Shown here one piece after another: positions 20,780 to 30,431 of a stretch of DNA of 64,000 nucleotides. How positions within the stretch are numbered: the stretch's first letter is position 1; the number at the start of each line of letters is the position of its first letter. Both the position numbers and the translations under genes were made by a program. Below the pieces are notes generated by a model, which had not been told where the DNA came from, made no database searches, and saw only the letters and a list, made by a program, of their open reading frames with translations. Source of the stretch: Syntrophales bacterium (GTDB lineage Bacteria > Desulfobacterota > Syntrophia > Syntrophales > UBA2210); NCBI GenBank assembly GCA_963662405.2, contig CAXXKT010000001.1:1760001-1824000 (forward strand). The letters are read 5' to 3'.

Positions 20780-21304
20780 CTACGGCCGTATCGGATAGGA
20801 GCCAGAGAGGCAGATGATGTAATGCAGACATGTCCAGGGCGGCATATTCTCATGGGAGTGTAACTTCCCTTCGTCGTTTATCATATCGGCCTTCATTGTC
20901 GGATTTCCCGTTGAATCGGAACCGTACCCGGGGCTTGTTTTTGTGGCAAATAAATTATTCTGCGGTGTATTTTTGAGCTGCCGCGCCGATGACACCGTAT
21001 CACACTGAACGGCATGGCTGTGGGCCGGTACGGTTAATTGGGTCAGTGGCACCTGCTCATATCCGCCCTTATCGCCTTGGTGACGATATGAGGTGCCCGA
21101 GCTCTGTCCCGTCCCCAACACGATGCGTCCGCGCAGATCGGGAAGATTAAACGTTGTCCTTCCGTCACCGCCGAATTGGGTGCCGATGATCGAATACAGC
21201 GCAGGATTTTCAGTGATGGAAAGAGACTGCCCGTCGCAGAATGCCCAGTTTGCCGGCGGATAGGGGCCGGCAAAATATTTGACCTCGCCTATGAATCCTT
21301 CCAT
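20780..21304 (-). CDS. Phage tail-collar domain protein ('microcystin-dependent protein' type)
   Basis: FIGEVKYFAG..P..WAFCDGQ.L, LYSIIGTQFGGDGRTTFNLPDLRGR, HENMPP; GGAGG RBS. Confidence 0.9.
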   Translation of the reverse strand: MEGFIGEVKYFAGPYPPANWAFCDGQSLSITENPALYSIIGTQFGGDGRTTFNLPDLRGRIVLGTGQSSGTSYRHQGDKGGYEQVPLTQLTVPAHSHAVQCDTVSSARQLKNTPQNNLFATKTSPGYGSDSTGNPTMKADMINDEGKLHSHENMPPWTCLHYIICLSGSYPIRP

Positions 21305-21342
21305 GATTACCTCCTTCCTATAAACGGTACCGGTGATGATGG

Positions 21343-21870
21343 TTAATCTCTCGGAGGCCACAGCCCTTCCGTGCACATGATGTACTGTAAACAACCCCAG
21401 GGGGGCATGTTATCGTGCGGTTGTCCGCCGCCGGATTCGTTGAGCATATCGGTTTTCATCAGAGGATTCCCTGTTTCATCGGCTGCATACCCCGTGCTTC
21501 CCTCTAATAGCGCCGGAAGATTGCCTTGAGGCGTGTCTTGGAGTTGTCTTCCTTGAGAGGTGATGTCGCATTTTACCGTATGTGTATGCTGGGGCATCTG
21601 AGCTGTTGTGAGGGTGACATTTTCAGCGCCGCCACGCTGACCGGCGATACGGGGTGTCAGACCGGGGCCTGTGCCGGCTCCCACCGGGACCCGTCCGCGC
21701 AGATCGGGGACGCCGAACGTTGTCGTGCCATCTCCGCCGAACTGGGTGCCTATTAAAGCGTAAAGAGACTGGTATTGAGCGACCGAAAGTAGCTGCCCAT
21801 GACAAAAGGCCCAGTTCACGGGCGCAAACGTTCCTGCAAACATCTTGATTTCACCGAGGTATCCATCCAT
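21343..21870 (-). CDS. Phage tail-collar domain protein, paralog
   Basis: YLGEIKMFAG, WAFCHGQ, FGGDGTTTFGVPDLRGR, HDNMPP; GGAG RBS. Confidence 0.9.
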   Translation of the reverse strand: MDGYLGEIKMFAGTFAPVNWAFCHGQLLSVAQYQSLYALIGTQFGGDGTTTFGVPDLRGRVPVGAGTGPGLTPRIAGQRGGAENVTLTTAQMPQHTHTVKCDITSQGRQLQDTPQGNLPALLEGSTGYAADETGNPLMKTDMLNESGGGQPHDNMPPWGCLQYIMCTEGLWPPRD

Positions 21871-22182
21871 AACGTTCTCCTTTCTGTTGCGTGATTTGTT
21901 TTTTGTGAAACAGGAAACTGAATCCCTGAAAAGAATAGCTGTCCAAGCAGTATCGAGGACTATCGACCTGGATCCGGAAGATACAGCGTGTGAAATCAGA
22001 GGATCTCATGGCACTGCAAGAGGTCGCGAAAGAGATTTCACTGAAAATGTGGAACGGAATCGAAAGAGTTGTTGAAAAAAACAACTCACTATGGAATTAT
22101 ACGCTCCATATGCGATCCATACAACAAAAATATACGCACAGATCTTTGTGCCGATACTCTCGGTCAGAGAGGAGCAAGAACC

Positions 22183-22425
22183 ATGTCTGGGATGAACACA
22201 CATGTTCGAGCATTTTTCGGTTGCATGATCTTCTCTTCCATTTTCTTTGTGAGCGACATCCATGCCCGGGCATATTTCTTCTATAGCAGTGCCGACCCCT
22301 GGATATTCGTCCGGGGTGGGTCGGACGGGACGAATTCTCAATTCGTTTCCGCGGCATCGGATAACAAGATAAAAACCATCTCCACGAGCGACACTTCCTT
22401 GGGCGAGATATGTCGTAATGAGTGA
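22183..22425 (+). CDS. Small hypothetical secreted protein or gene remnant (80 aa)
   Basis: AGAGGAG RBS before ATG 22183; hydrophobic N-terminus ending IHA. Confidence 0.4.
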   Translation: MSGMNTHVRAFFGCMIFSSIFFVSDIHARAYFFYSSADPWIFVRGGSDGTNSQFVSAASDNKIKTISTSDTSLGEICRNE

Positions 22426-22501
22426 CTCAATCGGTCTTTTGAATGATTCGCATAAATAAGCACATCAGGTTTCTCCAGCACATAATAGTGAGGGGAAGAA
22501 G

Positions 22502-25500
22502 ATGAATATGAATCGTGCACACCCATGCTGTACATTGAAAAGACATCTTTTCCATATATTTATCATCCTCATTCTCAACGCATCCCTGGCCGGTTATGCC
22601 TTTGCCTATCTCGATCCCGGCACTTTCAGCTCTCTCGGCACATTCAATCCCTCCAGTAACGTCGTCGTCAATATGACCACACGGTCGATGACCGGCGGGG
22701 TTACCGCGACCGGTGTTATGTCAGGAGACATACTCGTTTTTACCTTTGACAGCTTTAGCCTGGGGGCTGGTTACAGCATCTCCTTTTCGAATGTGGCTGA
22801 TAATGATGACAAGATCGCCTTTCTCTCAAAAGGGGATATGACAATAAGTGGAAATATTTACGCAAACGCCTCGGGTACCGCTCCCGGGCCTGGAGGGAGG
22901 AGAGGTGGCACTTCTCAACCGGAAGTCGGTCAGGGCACCGGTGGAGGGCAAGTTGGCTTAGACGCAGGCGATGACGACGGAGCCGGCGGCGGCGGGTTTG
23001 GCGGCGCCGGTGGTGCACACGGGTATGGCGCCCCCGGAGGAACAACATATGGAGACCTTGCCACGGCCCTCGACGGGGGAAGTGGTGGGGCCCGCTCCGC
23101 ATATTCGAGTGATACCAGTGCCGGTGGCGGTGGCGGTGGCGGCGCACTGGAACTGGGGGCGCTCGGTACGACAACCCTGAATAATGGCTGTAATATAGAA
23201 GCGAAAGGGGCGGCAGGTTCAAATGCCGATTTAACACCTTGCGGAGAAGATGGTGATGGAGGAGGCAGCGGAGGCGGCATACTGATTCACGGAAATGTTG
23301 TCACGTTCAATTCCGGGGCCAATGTCAATGCATCGGGCGGCAACGGCGGTAATGGAGATAATGATTCAAATTGCGGGCAGACATCTGGCACCGGAGCCGG
23401 TGGCGCTGGTGGCGGCGGCGGCGGCGGACGTATACGGATCGCTTACAATGGAAGCGGGACAAATAGCGGATCTGCTGTTGCCGCTAAGGGAACGGGGGGC
23501 ACTGATCCGGGACCGTATGGGAGTTATCCGGGTGGAGATGGCTCAGCAGGCGTTGTGCAATTCGTCCAGGACTCAAACGTGCCGGTGACCAGTTCAGGTC
23601 CCGAGATATCCGTATATGGAAATTCGGTATCGATCAACGATGGAGACACCACACCCTCCGTGAGTGACGACACGCATTTTGGCGATGTCGATAAGGACAG
23701 CGGTACGGCAACGCATACCTTTACGATAAAAAATACCGGCCCGGCCACACTGACCATATCGGGCGGGCCGAATTATGTCTCGGTTGATAATGCTGTTTTC
23801 TCGGTCACGTCACAGCCCTCTGATGTGAGCCTCGAACAGAACGAGACGACCACATTCTCCATTCAATTTGATCCGGACGGCATCGGTATTGAGACGGCGA
23901 ATGTATCCTTTGCCAATAATGACGATAATGAGAACCCCTTTAACTTTGTCATAGAGGGGAATGGGACGTCCGCTGCAAGCCTGTATCTCGATGGCCGTGA
24001 CTTTACCTCGCTCGGCTCTTTCAATCCTTCCTCTGATGTGACCGTTAATATGTCCACAGGCGCCATGACGGGGGGACTGTCGGCAACCGGGACGGTTTCC
24101 AATGGCATACTGGTGTTTACCTTCGATGATTTTACCCTTGTCTCTTCGCGGAATATCAATTTCACAAACACGGAGAATTCGACCAACAAGATAGCATTCT
24201 TATCGCTCAGTAACATGACACTGTCGGGGGCGATCAACGGGAGCGGTTCGACATACACACCCGGGCCCGGCGGTGGTGCCGGTGGTACGGCAAAACCCTC
24301 GGACGGGACCGGCGCCGGTGGCGGCGGAGGTAGTGAGGATGGAGCCGGCGGAGCCGGGTTCGGTGGTGCCGGTGGGGACAGTGGTAATGGTGTGGGGGGC
24401 GGTTCGACCTATGGTGACCTGGCGGTATCTCTCAGCGGCGGCAGCGGTGGCGCCAGGTCGGAGTACTCAAGCACGGGAAACTATGGTGGTGGCGCCGGTG
24501 GTGCCGTGCAGCTTGGCGCCCTGGGGATCATCACCCTTAATTCCGGCGCGAGCATCAATGCCAATGGGGTGGCCGGTCCTGCGAGTACCGGTGTTGACGC
24601 CGATGGAGACGGCGGCGGCAGCGGTGGCGGTATCCTGATCCATGGAAAAACGATACGGCATAATAGCGGGGCAACCATATCGGCGAATGGCGGAAACGGT
24701 GGTGGTACCGCCGGAGCGGGTGACGGCATCGGCGGCGGCGGTGGCGGTGGCGGAAGGGTGCGGCTCGTGTATCATACATCGGGTGCCGGTGATATCGTCC
24801 AAACAGGGACGATTACCGTGAGCGGTGGTATGGGGGGTGCGGATGTGACTCCGGGAGAGGCCGGTGCATCCGGAACCTCGGCCTGGGCGTCGGATGCGAA
24901 TGTACCGATCGGTGGCCCGGAAATCAACATCAAGGGCAACGGTGTCTCCATTGCCGACGGTGACACAAGTCCATCAACCGGTGATGACACGGATTTCGGC
25001 AGTGTTGATGTAACCTCGGGGTCGGATGAGCATACCTTTACCATAGAGAACCTTGGTGCGGAGACATTGAATCTGACCGATGCGAGTCCCTACGTGGCGA
25101 TCACCGGGCATACCGCGGATTTCACGCTGACGTCAACTCCGTCAGCTGCCATATCAGACGGGAGCACAACCCCCTTCGCGATCACCTTCGATCCCACGGC
25201 GGGGGGGACGCGTGAGGCGACGGTCAGCATCGCCAACGACGACTCGGACGAGAACCCTTATAACTTCGATATCCGGGGGACCGGGACCTATACCGCCCCG
25301 ACGACCCAGGCCCAGACGGTCACCTTTCCGAATATCGAGGCGACCACCATGACGATCGGGTGGACGAACGGGAACGGCACGGCACGGGTGGTATTTCTCT
25401 ATAAGGGAGGGAGTTTAGAGACCGCGAGCCCCGTTGACGGGACCACCTATACGGCGAATACGGCATTCGGCGCGGGGACGCAGATCGGCGCCACCGGCTG

Positions 25501-28500
25501 GTACTGCGTCTATAACGGGACGGGGACGTCGGTAGCCGTGACGGGCCTGATGCCGGGGGCGACCTACCGGGCGATGGTGTGCGAGTACAACGGGGATGCG
25601 GGGTATGAGTCCTATGTGACCGATACGGCGACGGGGAACCCGACGAATCAGACGATGGTCACCGTCATGATCAACGAGGTTGACGCCGACACCCCCGGCA
25701 CCGACACCCTGGAGTTTATCGAACTGTACGACGGCGGGGTTGGCACCGTCAGCCTGGACGGGCTGGTGCTGGTGTTCTATGACGGTACCGACGATCAGTC
25801 ATATAACGCAGCCCCCTACGCGAATGCGATCGATCTGGACGGTTACTCGACGGATGCGAACGGATACTTTGTGATCGGCAATGCGGGCGTGTCCGGTGTG
25901 GATATGACCTTTTCGGATAATGCCCTGCAGAACGGGGCGGACGCCGTTGCCCTGTATGTGGGGGACGGGACGGATTTTCCCGATAATACCCCTGTAACAA
26001 CGGTCAATCTTATTGATGCCCTCGTGTATGATACCGACGACGCGGATGATGCGGGACTCCTGACCCTGGTCTTGGCGGGGGGACAGATCAACGAGAGCGG
26101 GCGGGGAGGCAGCACAGGGCATTCCAACCAGCGGATACCGAACGGCACGGGGGGCTTGAGGAACACGACGGCGTACACCCAGCAGCCCCCGACGCCGGGT
26201 GCCGAGAATAACGCCTATCCCGAGATCACCTCCGCTGCGTATGACTATGGGACGAATCAGCTGGTGGTCACCGGCCGGTATCTGGTCGAGAATGATGGCG
26301 CGGACAACGACGTGGATGTGTCACTTCTGACCGTGACCGGTGAAGGGGGCGGCACGTACACCCTCGCGGACTCCGCTGATGTCGAAATCACCTCCGATAC
26401 GCAGTTCACCGTCACCCTGAGCGGGGCCGACATACCACAGGTGGAGGCGCTTCTGAACAAGGACGGGACGAGTGCGGACGATGATACCGTCTACAACCTC
26501 GCGGCGGCGGACAACTGGATGCCCGGCGCGCCCGCGGCGGACGATATCGCCGATGCGACAAACGGGATCACGGTCAGCAACTATACCGTCCCCATGATTA
26601 CCTCATGCACCTACGATGCCACGAGCGGCCAACTGGTCGCCACGGGAACGAACTTTGTCGTCAACAGCGGCCTGGCGAACGACGTCGATACGTCGCTCAT
26701 CACCTTCACCGGTCAGGGGAGTGGCACCTATACCCTGACCGACACGGGTGATGTGGAGATCACCTCGTCCACCCAATTTACCGTGACCGTGAGCGCGACG
26801 GACCGGCCCCATGTGAACGGACTCCTTAACCGGGCGGGGACACAGTCGGCGGATACCGTCCTCTATAACCTTGCCGCGGCGGACAACTGGATGCCGGGTG
26901 CGCCTGCGGGGAACGACACAGCGGACGCGACCTCCGGGATCACCGTCAGCAATGTCCAGGCCCCGACGATCACCGAGGCCGCGTATGATTACGGGACGGA
27001 TACCCTGACCGTGACGGGGGCGGCATTTGTCGCTCAATCCGGGGTAGCGAACGATGTGGACATCACGAAGCTGACCGTAACCGGCGAGGGGGGCGGCACC
27101 TATACGCTGGCGACTTCGAACAATCCCGAGATCGCCTCATCCACCCAGTTCACCGTCACCCTGAGCGGTGCGGACATACCGCATGTGGAGTCGCTCCTGA
27201 ACAAGGACGGGACGAGCGCGGCCGACGGGCCGGCCTACAATCTTGCCGCTGCGGACAACTGGATGCCCGGCACGGACCCGTCGGCGGACATCGCCGATGG
27301 GGCGAGCGGGATCACGGTGAGCGGCTATGCCGTCCCGCAGATCACCTCGGCCGTGTACGACGCCGGGACGGGGCAGTTGGTGGCAACGGGGACGAACTTT
27401 GTCGTCAACAGCGGTGCGTCCGATGTGGACGCCTCGCAGTTCACTTTCACCGGTCAGGGGAGTGGCACTTATACCCTCACCGACACGGGCGATGTGGAGA
27501 TCACGTCAGCTACCCAGTGTACGGTGACGTTGAGTGCGACGGACCGGTCCCAGGTGAATGGGCTCCTCAACAGGGCCGGGACACAGTCGGCGGATGCGGT
27601 CACCTATAATCTTGCCGCGGCGGACAACTGGATGCCGGGGTCACCCGCGGGGAACGATACGGCGGATGGGACCACCGGGATAACCGTCAGCAACGTCCAG
27701 ACCCCGACGATCACTGAGGCGACATATGACGCCGACACGGGCGTATTCACGGTGACCGGGACGAATCTGCGGGGGAATGCCGGTGCGGCGAATGATATCG
27801 ATGTCTCCCGATTGACCGTGACGGGCGAAGGGGGAAACTACACCATATCGGATGCGATTGCGGATGTAGAGATCACCTCGTCCACCGAGTTCACCTTTAC
27901 CGTCACGGGGACGGACAAGACCCAGGTGGATCTCCGGCTCGATCTCTTCGGGACACAGTCGAGCGGCGGGACGACGTACAATCTTGCCGCAGCCGATAAC
28001 TGGCTGGCCGCGGCCGATCCGGCCGCCGACATCGCCGATCTTACCAATAACGAGATTACCGTTACCGTCAATCCGCGGATCACGAGCGCGACCTATAATG
28101 CCGCCACCGGCGTCCTGGTGGTGACGGGATCCAATATCCGGGAGAACGGCGGGGGGTCCGATATCGATGCCTCCCAATTGACCTTTACCGGTGAAGGGGA
28201 TGCGACCTATACGCTCACCGATACGCCTGACGTGAACCGGGACAGTTCCTCCCAGTTTACCGTCACCTTGAGCGCTGTCGACAGGGCAGCCGTCAACCGG
28301 ATCATGAACAAGAACGGGACCGCATCGACCGGCGGGACGGCCTATAACCTTGCCGCGGCGGATGACTGGTGCACCAATGTCACGGCCGGCAATACCGCCG
28401 ATCCGACCGGCAACGGGATCACCGTCAGCAACGTGCCGCTGCCGATGGTCACCTCCGCCACGTACAACGCGGGGACGGGTGTGCTGGTCGTGACCGGTAC

Positions 28501-30049
28501 GGGACTGGTGAAGAGGGACGGTGCGGCCAACGACATCGATGTCTCCCAATTGACCGTTACCGGCGAAGGGGGAGAGACCTGTACGATCCAGAACACGGCC
28601 GGTGTCGAGATCACATCCGATACGCAATTCACGGTGACCTTAAACGAGACGGACCGGTCCGCCGTCAACCGGATCCTGAACAAGAACGGGACGAGCTCCA
28701 CGTCGGGGACGACGTATAACCTTGCCGCCGCGGAGGACTGGGCGGCAGGGGCGGATCCGGCGGTCGATGTTGCCGATGAGGCGGGGAACGGGATTACGGT
28801 GAGCGGTGTGACGGCGCCGGTGATCACCTCGGCCTCGTATCAGTGGAGCACCGGGGTATTGACCGTAGCGGGGACGGGCTTTCTCAAGAAGGCGGGCATC
28901 GCCAACGACATCGATGCCTCGCGATTGACATTCCGGGGTGAGGGAGGGGTGACTTACACCCTCGTGGGCAGCGCGGATGTTGACATCACCTCCGATACGG
29001 AGTTTTCGGTGACCCTCGACGCGACGGACAAGGCCGCCGTGAATCCGCTTCTCAACAAGGCGGGGACATCATCGGAGGATGACACGGTCTACAACCTTGC
29101 CGGGGCGGAAGACTGGGCGGCGGGGGCGGACCCGGCCGTGAACGTCGCCGACGCCACCACCCCGATTACCGTGGGTGGGTTTACGGTCACCATCTCCGGG
29201 ACGGTGACGGACGGGGTGAATCCCATCGAAGGGGCGACCATCACCTTCTCCCATGACGGTCATACGGAGCAGACCGCCGCCGACGGGACCTACTCGTATG
29301 TTGTCTCCGCCGGGATCACGACGACCGTGATACCGACGCATCCGGGGTACGCCACCTGGGACCCGGCGAATCGGACACTAACGAATGTAACCACCGACCA
29401 GCTCGGTCAGGACTTCACCGCCACCTCCGACACGGACGGGATTCCCACGACGGAAGAGAACGGTCCGGACGGGACCGATCCTGCCTATGACGGGAACAGC
29501 GACGGGATTCCCGACGGCAACCAGCCCCATGTGGCCTCATTCCATACGGCGGACGGAGAGAACTATGTCACTCTCGCCGCTCCCGACGGGACACTCCTCT
29601 CGGGTGTTCAGGCCCTCCCCGCGCCGGATAACGGGACGTTTCCGCATACCACCTACTTCCCCTACGGCCTGTTCCGGTTTACGGTGACCGGCGTGACACC
29701 GGGGGGAGCCACGGTGGTGCAACTCTTCCTCTCCGGGGAGACGACGATCGAGTCATACTGGCGGTACGGTCCGGAGCCGGGCGATCCTACCATGCATGCC
29801 TATGAGTTCATGCTGGACGGGGGGACGGGTGCCGAGATCGCGGGGCATGTCGTCACCCTGCACTTCATCGACGGCCGGCGGGGGGACGATGATCTTGACG
29901 GCGGGAACGGGGTGATCGTCGACGACGGCGGCCCCACTGCCGCGACTCCGGTTATTCCGGTCCTGACAAAGAATGGAATAGTCGTCTTTGTAGTCATTCT
30001 GTCCATTCTTGCCTGTCTGGTTATCCGGTCACGGCGACAGCCGGCCTAA
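22502..30049 (+). CDS. Giant modular surface protein (2515 aa): 2x(Gly-rich + choice-of-anchor D), FN3-like, lamin-tail-like, 8x ~124-aa repeats, choice-of-anchor U-like, IPTL-CTERM-like tail
   Basis: Signal peptide ending AFA; internal repeats visible; VMINEVDAD..EFIELY; C-terminal [10 protein letters not shown] + TM helix + RSRR. Confidence 0.9.
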   Translation: MNMNRAHPCCTLKRHLFHIFIILILNASLAGYAFAYLDPGTFSSLGTFNPSSNVVVNMTTRSMTGGVTATGVMSGDILVFTFDSFSLGAGYSISFSNVADNDDKIAFLSKGDMTISGNIYANASGTAPGPGGRRGGTSQPEVGQGTGGGQVGLDAGDDDGAGGGGFGGAGGAHGYGAPGGTTYGDLATALDGGSGGARSAYSSDTSAGGGGGGGALELGALGTTTLNNGCNIEAKGAAGSNADLTPCGEDGDGGGSGGGILIHGNVVTFNSGANVNASGGNGGNGDNDSNCGQTSGTGAGGAGGGGGGGRIRIAYNGSGTNSGSAVAAKGTGGTDPGPYGSYPGGDGSAGVVQFVQDSNVPVTSSGPEISVYGNSVSINDGDTTPSVSDDTHFGDVDKDSGTATHTFTIKNTGPATLTISGGPNYVSVDNAVFSVTSQPSDVSLEQNETTTFSIQFDPDGIGIETANVSFANNDDNENPFNFVIEGNGTSAASLYLDGRDFTSLGSFNPSSDVTVNMSTGAMTGGLSATGTVSNGILVFTFDDFTLVSSRNINFTNTENSTNKIAFLSLSNMTLSGAINGSGSTYTPGPGGGAGGTAKPSDGTGAGGGGGSEDGAGGAGFGGAGGDSGNGVGGGSTYGDLAVSLSGGSGGARSEYSSTGNYGGGAGGAVQLGALGIITLNSGASINANGVAGPASTGVDADGDGGGSGGGILIHGKTIRHNSGATISANGGNGGGTAGAGDGIGGGGGGGGRVRLVYHTSGAGDIVQTGTITVSGGMGGADVTPGEAGASGTSAWASDANVPIGGPEINIKGNGVSIADGDTSPSTGDDTDFGSVDVTSGSDEHTFTIENLGAETLNLTDASPYVAITGHTADFTLTSTPSAAISDGSTTPFAITFDPTAGGTREATVSIANDDSDENPYNFDIRGTGTYTAPTTQAQTVTFPNIEATTMTIGWTNGNGTARVVFLYKGGSLETASPVDGTTYTANTAFGAGTQIGATGWYCVYNGTGTSVAVTGLMPGATYRAMVCEYNGDAGYESYVTDTATGNPTNQTMVTVMINEVDADTPGTDTLEFIELYDGGVGTVSLDGLVLVFYDGTDDQSYNAAPYANAIDLDGYSTDANGYFVIGNAGVSGVDMTFSDNALQNGADAVALYVGDGTDFPDNTPVTTVNLIDALVYDTDDADDAGLLTLVLAGGQINESGRGGSTGHSNQRIPNGTGGLRNTTAYTQQPPTPGAENNAYPEITSAAYDYGTNQLVVTGRYLVENDGADNDVDVSLLTVTGEGGGTYTLADSADVEITSDTQFTVTLSGADIPQVEALLNKDGTSADDDTVYNLAAADNWMPGAPAADDIADATNGITVSNYTVPMITSCTYDATSGQLVATGTNFVVNSGLANDVDTSLITFTGQGSGTYTLTDTGDVEITSSTQFTVTVSATDRPHVNGLLNRAGTQSADTVLYNLAAADNWMPGAPAGNDTADATSGITVSNVQAPTITEAAYDYGTDTLTVTGAAFVAQSGVANDVDITKLTVTGEGGGTYTLATSNNPEIASSTQFTVTLSGADIPHVESLLNKDGTSAADGPAYNLAAADNWMPGTDPSADIADGASGITVSGYAVPQITSAVYDAGTGQLVATGTNFVVNSGASDVDASQFTFTGQGSGTYTLTDTGDVEITSATQCTVTLSATDRSQVNGLLNRAGTQSADAVTYNLAAADNWMPGSPAGNDTADGTTGITVSNVQTPTITEATYDADTGVFTVTGTNLRGNAGAANDIDVSRLTVTGEGGNYTISDAIADVEITSSTEFTFTVTGTDKTQVDLRLDLFGTQSSGGTTYNLAAADNWLAAADPAADIADLTNNEITVTVNPRITSATYNAATGVLVVTGSNIRENGGGSDIDASQLTFTGEGDATYTLTDTPDVNRDSSSQFTVTLSAVDRAAVNRIMNKNGTASTGGTAYNLAAADDWCTNVTAGNTADPTGNGITVSNVPLPMVTSATYNAGTGVLVVTGTGLVKRDGAANDIDVSQLTVTGEGGETCTIQNTAGVEITSDTQFTVTLNETDRSAVNRILNKNGTSSTSGTTYNLAAAEDWAAGADPAVDVADEAGNGITVSGVTAPVITSASYQWSTGVLTVAGTGFLKKAGIANDIDASRLTFRGEGGVTYTLVGSADVDITSDTEFSVTLDATDKAAVNPLLNKAGTSSEDDTVYNLAGAEDWAAGADPAVNVADATTPITVGGFTVTISGTVTDGVNPIEGATITFSHDGHTEQTAADGTYSYVVSAGITTTVIPTHPGYATWDPANRTLTNVTTDQLGQDFTATSDTDGIPTTEENGPDGTDPAYDGNSDGIPDGNQPHVASFHTADGENYVTLAAPDGTLLSGVQALPAPDNGTFPHTTYFPYGLFRFTVTGVTPGGATVVQLFLSGETTIESYWRYGPEPGDPTMHAYEFMLDGGTGAEIAGHVVTLHFIDGRRGDDDLDGGNGVIVDDGGPTAATPVIPVLTKNGIVVFVVILSILACLVIRSRRQPA
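22607..25288 (+). repeat. Tandem duplication of a (Gly-rich + anchor-D) unit, starts 1377 nt apart
   Basis: YLDPGTFSSLGTFNPSS at 22607 vs YLDGRDFTSLGSFNPSS at 23984; collinear afterwards. Confidence 0.85.
26216..29182 (+). repeat. Eight tandem ~124-aa repeats
   Basis: Each unit reads P.IT.A.Y...TG.L.VTG...TGEG...EITS.TQFTVTL...LLNK.GT.S...YNLAAADNW; 8 copies counted. Confidence 0.9.
29186..30049 (+). repeat. C-terminal cassette copy 1 (864 nt), shared with 35105..35968
   Basis: Same length; long runs of identical DNA and protein. Confidence 0.9.
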
Positions 30050-30431
30050 GGGCAACCGCATCGGTTCATGCGCGCAGAGGGGATCTCCCTCCTGTGGCTC
30101 GCACCCCGGGCGGGTGGGCATGCCGGGGTGTGCTGCAATCCGAAGCCCGCTGCCCCGCCGCTGCACGGGGCGGCGAAGGATCTTCCCGGGTTACCGTGAT
30201 GAATGGAGCGGGCAGATCAGAAAACGGTTGCGTATTCCAGCAAGTTATGTAATCTACGACAGAATCTGTGCCGTTCCGGCCGGGACCGGTACCATCTCGG
30301 TTGTAACCGCCGATACGGAGAACGGAACGCACAAAGGGCGGGCCGTCCGCGCCCTGTGGCGCTTGATGGCATCGCTGCGGCTGTGCACGCGGCGATGCAA
30401 TATGAGAAATCACACGAAGGGGTCATACGTT

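Noticed and set aside
21871..22501. c-di-GMP riboswitch or sigma54 promoter upstream of the surface genes
   Set aside because: No GEMM core recognised; the TGGCAC/CGGCAC hits lack a correctly spaced -12 GC.
26216..29182. CRISPR-like array
   Set aside because: The repeats are ~370-nt degenerate in-frame coding units; no spacers or cas genes.
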